Notes: generated by a model not told the origin, from the sequence alone. 64,000 nucleotides of DNA from Pseudomonadales bacterium (GCA_965197005.1 OZ239982.1:1456322-1520321), one strand, 5' to 3'; positions 9,348-20,631 are shown, counted from the first letter of the stretch. Made by a program: numbers and translations.

Positions 9348-12300
9348 AAAGCTGTTTTAATAAAGTTAACTGTTCATCGCACGGCTGTACACGGAAATTT
9401 GATCCTAACTGAATATCACACACGCAAGTTTGGGTGGCAACCTGTAACAATAAATCACAGCCCTGTAAATCTTTATATTGAAGTTGCTTATCTAGCTGAG
9501 CACAAAAATCACTGGCTAATGCCTGTTGCCCTAATTTTAACCTTAACTGTTTTATTTTTTGCTTGCGTAAGACCTCTAATGGATACAGCATACGAGCCAC
9601 TAAACGCTGTCCTCCTCGATACTCATCTTTACTCACCAACACATCTAGCACCCAAACCTGATCTAACTTAACCTGATGAAAATACTCATCATAAATGGCA
9701 TTGTCTTTGTCATTAAATATGCCAACCTCTACCCTTGCACTGTTATCATCAAGGGTAATAAACCCTATGTTATCTCCACGTTTGCTCTTCATGCTACGTT
9801 TATCTACCACCAAACCTGCAATTTTTTGACTGTCTTTACTGGCTGTAAGTTGGGCTAATTCTGCACTTAACCAAGGGCGCAGTTCTTGAGCATATTCGGT
9901 ATATGGGTGCCCACTCATATATAAGCCTAAAACCCTTTTTTCATGTTCTAAACGAACCCCCATACGCCAAGGTAAAACACCACGATGATGAGCGTAAGGA
10001 TCTGTAGGTAGGTCATCTACCAAAGGCATATCTGCAAATAAATCCTGCATACCTGCCGCCTGATTATTTGCCTGCTGTTCTGCGGTGCGTATGGCATCAG
10101 AAATACTGGCAAATAAAATAGCACGCTCTGGACTGTTCTCTATATAGTCAAATGCACCACTTAACACCAATGCCTCTAATGCTCGCTTATTAACATGTTT
10201 ACTATCAACACGTTGGCAAAAATCGTATAAATCAAGAAAGGCACCACCTGTATTGCGAGCACGAACAATCGCCTGTGCAGGCTCGTAGCCCAATCCCTTA
10301 ATCGCACCCAAACCATAAACAATGGCATTATCTGTTGTCACCGTAAAACCATAATCACTGCGATTGATATCTGGCAAATTCACTTTTAGCCCCATACGCA
10401 GACATTCTTCATATAAAGGCACAATTTTCTCGGTTTTTTCTATTTCAGAGGTCAGTGCAGACGCCATAAAAGGGGCAGGATAATGGGTTTTTAAATATAA
10501 AGTCTGATAAGCCACCAACGCATAAGCAGCAGAATGGGATTTATTAAATCCATAACCTGCAAATTTCTCAACCAAGTCAAAAATTTTCATAGCAAGATCA
10601 GGATCAACACCCTGTTTACTTGCCCCTTCACGGAATACCTCACGCTGTTTTGCCATTTCTTCGGGTTTTTTCTTACCCATTGCTCGGCGCAAAATATCTG
10701 CCTCTCCTAAGGTGTAACCTGCTAATACCTGAGCAATTTGCATCACTTGCTCCTGATAAACAATCACCCCATAAGTTGGCTCTAAAATCTCTTTTAAACT
10801 CTCATGCTGATAATCCACATGGGGATATGCCAAAGGCGCATCGCCATGCTTACGCGCAATAAAATCGTCCACCATACCTGACTCCAAAGGTCCGGGACGG
10901 AACAAGGCAACCAATGCAATCATATCTTCAAGGCTATCCGGTTTAAGACGTTCAACCAGTTTTTTCATACCACTTGATTCAAGCTGAAACACAGCGGTGG
11001 TATGTGCCGTTTTTAAATAAGCAAATGACGCTTTATCATCAAGTGGAATAAAATCAATATCTAATTTAGAACTCTGTGCAGGTAAATTGGCATTAATCGT
11101 ATCCACCGCTCCTTGAATGATGGTCAACGTACGCAACCCTAAAAAGTCAAACTTAACCAAACCTGCATCTTCTACATCATTTTTATCATATTGAGTGACC
11201 AGTCCAGAGCCATCTTCTTCGCAAGCGGTAGCAGAAAAATCCGTGAGCTTAGTCGGCGCAATCACCACGCCACCTGCATGCTTACCTGTTTGTCTGGTAA
11301 TGCCTTCTAACTTAAGTGCCATATCCCACACTTCTTGGGCATCATCTTCAGACTCTAGCATCGCCTTAATCTGCGGCTCTTCTTCTATAGCGGCGTTTAA
11401 CGTCATGCCGGGCGTTGCAGGAATAAGTTTAGAGAGCTTATCCGCCATTCCAAAGGGCTTATCTTGCGCTCTAGCAACATCACGCACCACCGCTTTAGCG
11501 GCCATAGTACCAAAAGTAACTATTTGTGAAACTGCATCACGCCCATAGGTGTCTGCCACATATTGAATAACTTGCTCACGTTTATCCATACAAAAATCAA
11601 TATCAAAATCAGGCATAGAGACCCGCTCTGGATTTAAAAATCGTTCAAATAACAAGTCATACTGTAATGGATCTAAATCGGTAATTTTTAAGGCATAGGC
11701 AACCAAAGAACCAGCACCAGAACCACGTCCTGGACCTACGGGTATGCGCTGTTCTTTTGCCCACTGGATAAAATCCATCACAATTAAAAAATAACCCGGA
11801 AAGCCCATTTGAATGATAATATCCAACTCAAATTCTAAGCGTTCTTGATAAACAGATAGCGCAGGCAAAGTAGTAGATGCACTGCTTTTTTGCAAATTGG
11901 CATAACGTTCATCTAGCCCTTTATGTGATACTTGACGAAAGAACTGCTCCTCACTCAAGCCATCAGGAATAGGAAAATCTGGCAAAAAGCACTCGCCTAA
12001 TTTAATTTGATAGCTACAGCGTTTGGCAATTTCTAAGGTGTTTTCAAGCGCACTGGGTAAGTCGGCAAACAACTTTTGCATTTGCTCGCTACTTTTAAAA
12101 AACTGTTGCTTACTAAACTCTTTAGGACGACGCTTATCTTCTAATGCAAAGCCTTGCCCTATTGCCACTCGTGTTTCATGTGCTGCAAATTCATCTGGTT
12201 CTAAAAAACGGACATCGTTGGTGGCAACAAGAGGTAAGGCAAGTGACTCACTAAGCGCAACCTGTGCACGGATAAGACTTTCATCATGAGATAAACCAAA

Positions 12301-12813
12301 GCGTTGCACCTCTAAATAAAATCGTTCAGGAAAATGCGCTTTAAATCTATTAGCTAATTGTGTTGCCTGCTGCTTATCTCCTTTTAAAAAAGCCTGATTA
12401 ATGCCTCCATGTAAACCACCACAAAGTAAAATCAATCCCTCATTGGCCTGTAACAGCCAATCGAGCTTAATAATAGGCTTATCCCATTTTTGATTCTCGC
12501 TAAAACCCTTAGAGATTAAGCTCATCAAATTAAAATAGCCTGCCTCATTTTGTACCAACAGTGCCATGCGTGACGGTTTATGCTCATCTTCAAGATTTTC
12601 CAACCATATTTCTGCCCCTAAAATGGGCTTAACCCCTGCATTTAATGCCGCCTTATAAAACTTAATAGCCGCATACATATTACCTTGATCAGTTAATGCC
12701 ACCGCTGGCATATTTTTCTCTACGCACTGCTTAAACAAGTCTTTAATGCGAATAATACTGTCATTAAGAGAAAATTCAGAATGCACTTTAAGGTGCACAA
12801 AAGGGGTGGGCAT
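9313..12813 (-). CDS. dnaE: DNA polymerase III alpha subunit
   Basis: About 1166 aa with a PHP domain start (FVHLKVHSEFSL), as in E. coli DnaE. I moved the start from the track's TTG (12831) to the ATG at 12813..12811, which has a GGAG 8 nt upstream. Confidence 0.95.
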   Translation of the reverse strand: MPTPFVHLKVHSEFSLNDSIIRIKDLFKQCVEKNMPAVALTDQGNMYAAIKFYKAALNAGVKPILGAEIWLENLEDEHKPSRMALLVQNEAGYFNLMSLISKGFSENQKWDKPIIKLDWLLQANEGLILLCGGLHGGINQAFLKGDKQQATQLANRFKAHFPERFYLEVQRFGLSHDESLIRAQVALSESLALPLVATNDVRFLEPDEFAAHETRVAIGQGFALEDKRRPKEFSKQQFFKSSEQMQKLFADLPSALENTLEIAKRCSYQIKLGECFLPDFPIPDGLSEEQFFRQVSHKGLDERYANLQKSSASTTLPALSVYQERLEFELDIIIQMGFPGYFLIVMDFIQWAKEQRIPVGPGRGSGAGSLVAYALKITDLDPLQYDLLFERFLNPERVSMPDFDIDFCMDKREQVIQYVADTYGRDAVSQIVTFGTMAAKAVVRDVARAQDKPFGMADKLSKLIPATPGMTLNAAIEEEPQIKAMLESEDDAQEVWDMALKLEGITRQTGKHAGGVVIAPTKLTDFSATACEEDGSGLVTQYDKNDVEDAGLVKFDFLGLRTLTIIQGAVDTINANLPAQSSKLDIDFIPLDDKASFAYLKTAHTTAVFQLESSGMKKLVERLKPDSLEDMIALVALFRPGPLESGMVDDFIARKHGDAPLAYPHVDYQHESLKEILEPTYGVIVYQEQVMQIAQVLAGYTLGEADILRRAMGKKKPEEMAKQREVFREGASKQGVDPDLAMKIFDLVEKFAGYGFNKSHSAAYALVAYQTLYLKTHYPAPFMASALTSEIEKTEKIVPLYEECLRMGLKVNLPDINRSDYGFTVTTDNAIVYGLGAIKGLGYEPAQAIVRARNTGGAFLDLYDFCQRVDSKHVNKRALEALVLSGAFDYIENSPERAILFASISDAIRTAEQQANNQAAGMQDLFADMPLVDDLPTDPYAHHRGVLPWRMGVRLEHEKRVLGLYMSGHPYTEYAQELRPWLSAELAQLTASKDSQKIAGLVVDKRSMKSKRGDNIGFITLDDNSARVEVGIFNDKDNAIYDEYFHQVKLDQVWVLDVLVSKDEYRGGQRLVARMLYPLEVLRKQKIKQLRLKLGQQALASDFCAQLDKQLQYKDLQGCDLLLQVATQTCVCDIQLGSNFRVQPCDEQLTLLKQLYGEQQLELIYH

Positions 12814-12883
12814 CGCAAACACTCCAAACAAAATAAATTATTTTAACGCATCTAATACGCTGTTATGCACTACGGCTAAATTC

Positions 12884-15628
12884 TTAGCTACAAAAAATCA
12901 ATCTAACCGCATCTAGCTTTAATTGAGACTGGGCTATTTTAGCTTCCACCTCAATGGCTTCTTGCTCTACTTGCGCAATCATCAATTGTGAGATATTGCT
13001 ATTTTTCTTACCTAATTCTTGCAAACGCATAATACGCTGTTGATAAGCACTTTGCGCTTTTTTCAAACTGACAGCAACCAACTTACCTAATTGACTTTCT
13101 CCCATTTTTTGCAGTTTCTCTAAGCTCGGTTTGAGATGCTCAAGTTGTTTTTGCAACAACCCCAGTGCTGTTTTTTTCTGCAATCCTTTTACCTCTAAAT
13201 CTAACGCCTGATTAATCCGCAACTGTCCATCTGGTGTCATCACAATATGTAATGCTTGGGGGGGTAAATAACGCTCAATTTGCAACGCACTGGGCGCACT
13301 ACAATAAGCAACAAAAGACAATTCCACAAACAAACTGCCAGTTGCAAAAGGTTGCTGCTCCACATAGCCCACAGCACAGTTACCAAAAGCACTGGTGGTC
13401 ATAATATCCAATGCTTGTTGTATAAAAGGGTGCTCCCAACTTAAAAACTGTACATCATCACGGCTTAATGCCTGTTGACGTAATGCTGTTGCCATAAAAC
13501 CATCTTCTGGCAAATGCGGCAAATCAGGAATAAGCATGTGGTCTCCAGGTTGAATACTGATACACTGACCACCTAAATCCTTTACTTCCACCCCAAATGC
13601 GTCTGCAAATAACTCCATATAATCAAGTAAATCACTTTCATCTTGAGCCTGTAATGCCTGCATAGATTCTGCCAACTCATAAGCTGCAATAGGGTGACAA
13701 GAATGCAACTCTAATAATCTATCTCGCCCTTGATTCAGTTTTATTTCAAGTGCAGACCGCAACTTAGCAAGCTGTTCAATTAAAGCACTCACATCTTTAC
13801 TGTCATCAATAATCGCCGCTTTAATCTCTGCCTCATGCTCTAACAGCAAATTTTGAGCAGCAGGACTGGGTGCAGTGAATACATTTAACCCCTTATGCAA
13901 AATATCCAACCAACGTTGGCTCGCACCATCACTAAAGAAAGGCACATGAATTTGAATATCCTCACACTGCCCAATACGATCTAAACGACCAATACGCTGT
14001 TCAATTAAGTCACAATTAAAAGGCAAATCAAATAAAATCAAATGATTCGCAAACTGGAAATTACGACCTTCTGAACCGATTTCTGAGCAAAGTAAGATTT
14101 TAGCACCCTGCTTTTCATCTGCAAAAAACGCCGCCGCTTTATCTCGCTCAATTAAATCCATACCTTCATGGAACACCGCTGTTGCAATAACAAAGTTATC
14201 CCAAAGATACTGTTCCAACGCCAAAACCTGCTGCGCTTGGTGACAAATCAAAATCGCTTTTTGCTCTTTAAGTTGACTAATAATCTCCAATAGCCACTCT
14301 ACTCTTGGGTCAATATCCAACCAATTGCTAATATACCTTTCAGGATATAATTGCTGCTCTAACTCACTCTCTAAACACAAATACTCATTAGGTGCAGGCA
14401 GTGGTTCAGGTTTAAGCAAACGTGCCTTAAAACCAGCAACATTATGCCGTGTATTACGATACAAGGCGCGTCCAGGACCAAAACGATCAATTAAATCTTC
14501 TAACTGTTGCTTTGCCTCTTTATCTGAGGTAACCCATTGTTGTAATTGCTTATTTTCTGCTTCCGTCAAAACTTCATTGGTCGCTAATTTACCTGCAATA
14601 TCTGCCACTTGAGCATATTGTCCTTGCTCGGACAAAAAATCATCAAAATTCTGATAACGCTCTGGGTCTAATAAACGCAAGCGTGCAAAATGCCCCTCTA
14701 CACCTAACTGCTCTGGCGTTGCGGTAAGCAACAACACCCCTTGAGTTTGCGTACTGAGTGTTTCAACTAATTGATATCCTTTATCTTTAAAGGTAGGTGT
14801 CCAAGTAAGGTGATGGGCTTCATCAACAATAAGAATATCCCAGTTTTGAGCAGATAAAGATTGAGCAACCTTATCTTCTGTTGCCAACGATAGCGGACAA
14901 ATAAAACTTTGTGCCTGCTCTAACGTCTCTTCAATATCATCAATCACATCAACACTTAGTACTGAAAAACGCAAATTAAAACGGCGTATCATCTCAACCA
15001 ACCATTGATGAACCAAAGCATTAGGCACAATAATTAACGCTCTTTGCACCCTCTCAAGTAACATTAAGCGATGCAAAATAAGCCCCGCTTCAATGGTTTT
15101 ACCTAAGCCAACCTCATCTGCCAACAGCACTCTTGGCATACTATCACGGGTTACTTGCTCACTAATATACAACTGATGCGGTAGCAAACTGGTTCTCGCT
15201 CCCATCAGCCCATAAAAAGAACGCTGGCGATGGCTACTTTTTTGCGCCACGCTCAGTTTACGCAATGCAAATAGATTATTACTATCAATCTGTGATGAAA
15301 ATAACCTTTCAAGTGGTTGATTAAGCTGAATATCAGCACTTAATTGTGTTTCTGCCCACCATTTTTCATCTGTATTTTGATAAAAATAAACACCCTCTTC
15401 TTCTCTAACGGCACACACCACAAGATGAGTACCGTCTTGTAATGGCAGTTCATCTTCTAGCTTAAAAATCACTCGTTTTAACGGTGCATTTTGCTTGGCA
15501 TAAAGGCGGACACTATCGCCTGCTGGAAAAAACAAACTGACCACACGGTCATCTACATCTTGTACCATACCCAAGCCCAAATCGGCCTCGGCTTCGCTGA
15601 TAAAGCGCTGTCCTATTTGATAATTCAC
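12884..15628 (-). CDS. rapA: RNA polymerase-associated SNF2-family ATPase
   Basis: 914 aa with helicase motifs DEVGLGKTIEAG and DEAHHL. N-terminus and length are RapA/HepA-like. Confidence 0.9.
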   Translation of the reverse strand: MNYQIGQRFISEAEADLGLGMVQDVDDRVVSLFFPAGDSVRLYAKQNAPLKRVIFKLEDELPLQDGTHLVVCAVREEEGVYFYQNTDEKWWAETQLSADIQLNQPLERLFSSQIDSNNLFALRKLSVAQKSSHRQRSFYGLMGARTSLLPHQLYISEQVTRDSMPRVLLADEVGLGKTIEAGLILHRLMLLERVQRALIIVPNALVHQWLVEMIRRFNLRFSVLSVDVIDDIEETLEQAQSFICPLSLATEDKVAQSLSAQNWDILIVDEAHHLTWTPTFKDKGYQLVETLSTQTQGVLLLTATPEQLGVEGHFARLRLLDPERYQNFDDFLSEQGQYAQVADIAGKLATNEVLTEAENKQLQQWVTSDKEAKQQLEDLIDRFGPGRALYRNTRHNVAGFKARLLKPEPLPAPNEYLCLESELEQQLYPERYISNWLDIDPRVEWLLEIISQLKEQKAILICHQAQQVLALEQYLWDNFVIATAVFHEGMDLIERDKAAAFFADEKQGAKILLCSEIGSEGRNFQFANHLILFDLPFNCDLIEQRIGRLDRIGQCEDIQIHVPFFSDGASQRWLDILHKGLNVFTAPSPAAQNLLLEHEAEIKAAIIDDSKDVSALIEQLAKLRSALEIKLNQGRDRLLELHSCHPIAAYELAESMQALQAQDESDLLDYMELFADAFGVEVKDLGGQCISIQPGDHMLIPDLPHLPEDGFMATALRQQALSRDDVQFLSWEHPFIQQALDIMTTSAFGNCAVGYVEQQPFATGSLFVELSFVAYCSAPSALQIERYLPPQALHIVMTPDGQLRINQALDLEVKGLQKKTALGLLQKQLEHLKPSLEKLQKMGESQLGKLVAVSLKKAQSAYQQRIMRLQELGKKNSNISQLMIAQVEQEAIEVEAKIAQSQLKLDAVRLIFCS

Positions 15629-15673
15629 TTATTTGTCTCTTATTTGTCTCTATAGATAATCAGAAAATATTGG

Positions 15674-16327
15674 CTACACAATGCGTCTTAACCAAGTAGC
15701 TATATCTCGCACCTGCTCAACACACACAGAATGCGCCATAGCATAGCTTTTATACTCGTTTTTATAGCCCCAATCTTGTAGTAAATCAGCCGCTTTTTGT
15801 GCCAGAAGCTCAGGCACAATCGGATCTTCAGTGCCATGCCCTATTAAAATGGGTTTACCGCAGTTAACCCGAGCATCTTGCACAGTATTAGCGGTTGCAA
15901 AATAGGTAGACAAACACATTAAACCTGCCAAAGGTTCAGGGTAAGATACAAAGACCTCATAAACCACCGCTCCCCCTTGGGAAAAGCCAGCTAAAATAAT
16001 ATGTTCACTGGCAATGCCTCTAGCATTTTCTTGCTTGATAAGTTTAACCACCTCTTGAGCAGAAGCTCGTAACTGCTGTTCATCAACCGTACGCTCAATA
16101 TTAATATGACTGATATCATACCAAGCAGGCATCTGCATACCGCCGTTAATCGTTACAGGCAAATTGGGCGCATGTGGAAAAATAAAACGTACTGCCTTAT
16201 CACTTAGCCTAAGCGCTGGCACCACCTCTTCAAAGTCATGCCCACTTGCACCTAAACCATGTAACCAAATAACACTATGGGTAGGCTTAGGGGCAGTTTG
16301 TAATTCCAGTGTTTTTAATATTGTCAT
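15674..16327 (-). CDS. Alpha/beta-hydrolase carboxylesterase/phospholipase family protein
   Basis: 217 aa with a nucleophile elbow (GFSQGG) and an HG oxyanion motif (WLHGLGASG). Confidence 0.7.
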   Translation of the reverse strand: MTILKTLELQTAPKPTHSVIWLHGLGASGHDFEEVVPALRLSDKAVRFIFPHAPNLPVTINGGMQMPAWYDISHINIERTVDEQQLRASAQEVVKLIKQENARGIASEHIILAGFSQGGAVVYEVFVSYPEPLAGLMCLSTYFATANTVQDARVNCGKPILIGHGTEDPIVPELLAQKAADLLQDWGYKNEYKSYAMAHSVCVEQVRDIATWLRRIV

Positions 16328-16344
16328 AGCAAATGCAAACCCAT

Positions 16345-17415
16345 TTAACTGCGCTTAGCCAACACATCTTGTAATTTATTGTGCATATCTAAAATAGATT
16401 TTTCAGTTTGCTCCCAACTAATACAAGCATCGGTAACAGATTGTCCGTACACCAAATCGCTCAAATTATCAGGAATATCTTGACGACCTTCTAATAAATT
16501 AGACTCAACCATTAAGCCAACAATAGAGCGATTACCCTCTAAAATTTGATTGCTAATATTTTCCATAACCAACGGTTGTAGCTCTGGTTTTTTGCTTGAA
16601 TTTTCATGGCTACAGTCAATCATCAAATTCTCAGCCAAACCTGCTTTTTTTAACGCATCTTCCGCCAAAGCAACATTAACAGAATCATAATTAGGCTTAC
16701 CACCTCCGCCACGCAAGACCACATGTCCATAAGGATTGCCCTTAGTCGCCACGACCGCCACCTGACCTTCTTGGTCAATACCTAAAAAACGATGCGGACG
16801 TGCAACTGATTTCAGCGCATTAATGGCAACGCTCAAACTGCCATCTGTGCCATTTTTAAAACCCACAGACGAAGACAGACCAGATGCCATTTCACGGTGT
16901 GTTTGCGACTCAGTTGTACGTGCACCTATAGCACTCCAAGCAATTAAATCTTGTAAATACTGAGGCGAGATAGGATCTAGTGCCTCTGTAGATAAAGGCA
17001 AACCCATTTCTGCTAAATCCAACAACAGCTTGCGTGCTCGTTGCAGACCATCTTGAATATTAAAGGTATCATTCAGATATGGGTCATTAATCAACCCCTT
17101 CCAGCCCACCGTAGTCCGTGGCTTTTCAAAATACACACGCATTACCAAATACAAACTGTCTTTGACCTTATCCGCCAAATCTTTAAGTTTTTGTGCGTAT
17201 TCAAGGGCAGAATTAACATCATGAATAGAGCAAGGACCAATTACCACAAATAAACGCTTATCTTTACGCGTTAAAATATTTTCAATGGTTTTGCGTCCTT
17301 GCTGTACACTATTAAGTGCTGCCTCACTAATTGGCAGCTCTATTTTAAGTTGCTCTGGAGTAATCAAAGGGGTTATCGACTCAATATTGAGGTTTTCAAC
17401 ACGCAAATCTGTCAT
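16345..17415 (-). CDS. aroG: 3-deoxy-7-phosphoheptulonate (DAHP) synthase, class I
   Basis: 356 aa with the motif GPCSIHD. Length and sequence are typical of the AroF/G/H type. Which feedback isozyme it is cannot be told from the sequence. Confidence 0.85.
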   Translation of the reverse strand: MTDLRVENLNIESITPLITPEQLKIELPISEAALNSVQQGRKTIENILTRKDKRLFVVIGPCSIHDVNSALEYAQKLKDLADKVKDSLYLVMRVYFEKPRTTVGWKGLINDPYLNDTFNIQDGLQRARKLLLDLAEMGLPLSTEALDPISPQYLQDLIAWSAIGARTTESQTHREMASGLSSSVGFKNGTDGSLSVAINALKSVARPHRFLGIDQEGQVAVVATKGNPYGHVVLRGGGGKPNYDSVNVALAEDALKKAGLAENLMIDCSHENSSKKPELQPLVMENISNQILEGNRSIVGLMVESNLLEGRQDIPDNLSDLVYGQSVTDACISWEQTEKSILDMHNKLQDVLAKRS

Positions 17416-17465
17416 GTTTTCAATCCATACGTTAGTAAAATTAGCCGAACATTATTACAAAAAAT

Positions 17466-17492
17466 TGCGCCCCTGCACAGGGGGCAAAAGCC
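17466..17492 (-). terminator. Weak intrinsic terminator after the membrane transporter gene
   Basis: CCCCT-GCAC-AGGGG hairpin followed on the minus strand by GCGCAATTTTTTG. Confidence 0.35.
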
Positions 17493-17514
17493 AAGTTTAT
17501 AAAGAAGTGTCTAT

Positions 17515-18387
17515 TTATTCTAAAACAATTAAAACACCCGCCATCGCAATCAAGGAAAATGCCCAATAATCTCGCATTTTGACCTGTTCTTTAAGCCAAA
17601 ATAAAGAAATCAAAATACTCACACCCACCTCAAACAAACCTAGGGTCTTAACCTTTGGCACAACTTGCAAACTCATCGCAGAAAACCAGCCCAGTGACCC
17701 TAACATACTGCAAAGACTCACCAAAAAAGGCAGTTTAGGCTGTATAAAAAGCTGCTTTAATGCTTGTGGCTCACGATACAACATAGAAAAAACCAGTATC
17801 ACAGTTTGACTGCCAATAACCAATAACAGCACCCAAGCAGCACTGATTAACGGAGGAAGAGACAACAACAAACTTGCCTCTCTAATCCATAAAGAGGTCA
17901 AAGCAAAACACAAACCACTTCCAAGGCCTAGCAATAAAGTGCTGATAGAAACATATTTAACCGACTCAACACTGCTCATCACCCATACCGCCAACGTACC
18001 TAAAAGCACACCCAACCATGGCAGCCAAGACAAATCAACTGCAAAAAATGCCACACCTAACAACGCCGTCAACATAGACTCGCTTTTTGCCAACCCTGCG
18101 CCAATCACATAATTATGCTTATGAAACAACATAACCATAAGTGCCGTTGCCATAATTTGCGCCACTGATATTTGCACAATTAAACGCACAAAATGACCAC
18201 TAAAATCAGGAATGGATACCTCATTGAAATAATATAACAAAAGCAAATATAAAAACGCCAAAGGCGAGGCATATAAAAATCGGGATAAGGTCGCTGCTGA
18301 TGTTGTGTTTGTCTCACGCACCTTTTTTTGTAAGGCATTGCGCCACGCCTGCATAAACGCAGCCATTAAAGTAAAAGCAATCCACAT
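17515..18387 (-). CDS. Polytopic membrane protein, DMT/EamA-like transporter
   Basis: 290 aa with about 10 hydrophobic segments and a two-fold repeat organisation. Family assignment is by general resemblance only. Confidence 0.5.
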   Translation of the reverse strand: MWIAFTLMAAFMQAWRNALQKKVRETNTTSAATLSRFLYASPLAFLYLLLLYYFNEVSIPDFSGHFVRLIVQISVAQIMATALMVMLFHKHNYVIGAGLAKSESMLTALLGVAFFAVDLSWLPWLGVLLGTLAVWVMSSVESVKYVSISTLLLGLGSGLCFALTSLWIREASLLLSLPPLISAAWVLLLVIGSQTVILVFSMLYREPQALKQLFIQPKLPFLVSLCSMLGSLGWFSAMSLQVVPKVKTLGLFEVGVSILISLFWLKEQVKMRDYWAFSLIAMAGVLIVLE

Positions 18388-18401
18388 TTAATTGTCCTCG
18401 C

Positions 18402-18656
18402 CTAAAGCAACTTACTTTTGGCACAAACCGCTTTTACTCTCTCTAAGGTTAACTGAGTTTGCGCTGCAATTTCCTCTGCTGAGGTTTCTGGGTAGCCACT
18501 ATTAATACTTGCCAAAAATTGCACAATGGTACTTTCGTCCATTTTAAACTTAATAAGCGAATGCAAAATAAAATGCCCCCCTAGCAAAAGCACCAAAGTG
18601 ACAACAACCGACAGACCAATAATCCAAGTTAAAGACATTATATTCTCCAAAAACAA
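18402..18656 (-). CDS. Small membrane-anchored hypothetical protein
   Basis: 84-aa ORF with one TM followed by a helical soluble tail. It sits immediately upstream of the transporter gene. The start may be Met7. Confidence 0.4.
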   Translation of the reverse strand: MFLENIMSLTWIIGLSVVVTLVLLLGGHFILHSLIKFKMDESTIVQFLASINSGYPETSAEEIAAQTQLTLERVKAVCAKSKLL

Positions 18657-18828
18657 TCACTTTAGCATACCAGCAAAACACAAACGAGAGCGACTTTACA
18701 CAGCAAAAATGGCTATAAAGTACAACTAAAATAAAGACAGCAGCGGAATATTAAAAGCATCAAAGCAGACTTGCAAAATGACATTTTAGCAAGCACAACA
18801 AAGAGAGATGATGACAGCTAATTTTAAA

Positions 18829-19914
18829 TCAAGCAGACTCTTCATGGAGCACAAGATTACGTCCAGACTCTTTTGCCTGATACAGCAATTTATCCGCTCT
18901 TTTTAAAGCATCATCAAGGTTATCATGGGGTTGTTTTTGCACCACGCCCATACTAATGGTAATAGGGCAAACAAAAGTGCTACTACTAACCAGCTTACGT
19001 GTTATTTCTGCCTGTTTCACACTCTCAACAAAGCCGTCACCTTCAATTGCCACTAAAAACTCTTCCCCACCCCAGCGTGCGACCTTGCCGACATGCGCAA
19101 AGCCTTTTTGCAAGTGCTCAGCAATTAAGGTTAATGCTTTATCGCCCTCATCATGCCCAAAGTTATCATTTATTTTTTTAAAATGATCAACATCAATTTG
19201 AATAATTATAAGTGCTTTATTTTCAGATAAAACCCGATACATAGCACGTCGATTTAAAAGCCCTGTTAACACATCAGTATTGGCTAGCTCATGCATTGTT
19301 TGTGTATCACTTTGAGAGCGCAGCAATGTATGGCTATAAGTTGCAATAAGGCTTACGGTAAAGACCACAGTTAACATCAAAATATCATTAACCATCTGTG
19401 ATACATGTAACTGTGACCAAGGGTATTGCAGTAGATTAATCCACACCAGCAAACTGTGTAACAAGAAAAAAGCCAAAATGCTTTTAAAGACCCATTTATG
19501 TGGCACAACCAAAGAAAGAAACATCATTGCCAAAGACAATACAGGGGTATTACTCACTGCAAAATAATCTGTTGGTATACGCTCTGCAAGAATATTACCA
19601 ACAGCCCATGCCAACAAATAAACCATCATGGCGATAGCAGAAATACGCTCCATCCAAGTAATAAACCGTATATTTCTAAGCAATAATAAAACCACAAAGA
19701 CCACCAAACAAGCAGGAATGCCTGTCATAAAATAGATATGTAAAGCGGCTGGGTCGTAAATATAAGAACCGACAATACCAAAGATAACGCAAGCGAAACA
19801 AATAATTGCAATAATGGTATAGGTGCGCTGTTTAAACGACAAAATAACATCTTCATAATCCAAAACATCAACTGCTGTTTCTGAATTATTTTCTTGTACC
19901 TGTGAATTTTTCAT
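18829..19914 (-). CDS. Membrane-bound diguanylate cyclase (GGDEF)
   Basis: 361 aa. The N-terminal half has multiple TM segments, and the C-terminal GGDEF domain has an RWGGEEF active site. Confidence 0.85.
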   Translation of the reverse strand: MKNSQVQENNSETAVDVLDYEDVILSFKQRTYTIIAIICFACVIFGIVGSYIYDPAALHIYFMTGIPACLVVFVVLLLLRNIRFITWMERISAIAMMVYLLAWAVGNILAERIPTDYFAVSNTPVLSLAMMFLSLVVPHKWVFKSILAFFLLHSLLVWINLLQYPWSQLHVSQMVNDILMLTVVFTVSLIATYSHTLLRSQSDTQTMHELANTDVLTGLLNRRAMYRVLSENKALIIIQIDVDHFKKINDNFGHDEGDKALTLIAEHLQKGFAHVGKVARWGGEEFLVAIEGDGFVESVKQAEITRKLVSSSTFVCPITISMGVVQKQPHDNLDDALKRADKLLYQAKESGRNLVLHEESA

Positions 19915-20276
19915 TTTTTACTAATTATTAATAAATTTCTGTATAAACTATAGAGACATTTAACTGTTTTTCAATACAATTTAACAAATAAAATGCTTTT
20001 TTTATCAATAGTTAAAAAATACTGCTTACAACCCCTGTTTTTATCATCATAACCCGCACATTAACAACCAACTTTTTAAAATCATTAAAAATACGATAAC
20101 ATCATCAATTATCTCTTTTTTTAGGAATTAAGCATGCTTAGAATAATCATCATTACCGCCTTAGCTGCACTCTTTATAATTGGGTTTTTATTTGGGTTTC
20201 ATCTTTAAATCCACTGTCCTTTAAGCTGCATTTTATGATTGTTTTTTAAAAAAGATATTTTTTTTACATTTCACTG

Positions 20277-20305
20277 TTGACAGAAAAAAAACTCTTGCGT
20301 AATAT
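20277..20305 (+). promoter_or_regulatory. Sigma70-type promoter of tRNA-Asn
   Basis: TTGACA, 17 nt, TAATAT, followed by a GC-rich discriminator (GCGCCCACC). About 18 nt upstream of the tRNA. Confidence 0.6.
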
Positions 20306-20323
20306 GCGCCCACCTTCAGACGT

Positions 20324-20399
20324 TCCCCGATAGCTCAGTTGGTAGAGCAGTAGACTGTTAATCTATTGGCCGTTGGTTCAAGTCCAACTCGGGGAGCCA
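20324..20399 (+). tRNA. tRNA-Asn (GUU)
   Basis: Cloverleaf read by eye: acceptor TCCCCGA/TCGGGGA, anticodon loop CTGTTAA, TPsiC arm GGTTCAAGTCC, encoded CCA. Confidence 0.9.
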
Positions 20400-20631
20400 T
20401 TTCTTAATATTCCCACTTCCCCAAACGTACCGAAAACATGGTAAATACTGATTTTAATGGTTGTTTATAAGGGTTAACTAAATCCAGTATGCAGAAATAA
20501 GCAAACATACAACAATCAAATTGCAGGTACACTTTACCCCCTAAAAAACATGCTCGCATTTTTAAGTAAATTAATTCATAGCCCAAAAACCAGCAGCTTA
20601 TTAAACTTACTCAACTATTTTAAAATAACCG

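Noticed and set aside
9399-12289. Multiple 60-117-aa ORFs antisense to dnaE, and similar antisense ORFs inside rapA, guaA, the GGDEF-EAL gene, norM, ilvC, the lipoprotein genes and others
   Set aside because: They are all embedded opposite long, well-supported genes and have no independent signals. They are typical shadow ORFs.
20134-20208. 24-codon ORF (MLRIIIITALAALFIIGFLFGFHL) with an AGGAA upstream, ahead of tRNA-Asn
   Set aside because: It is a plausible small hydrophobic peptide, but it is too short to support from sequence alone and it is not conserved-looking.
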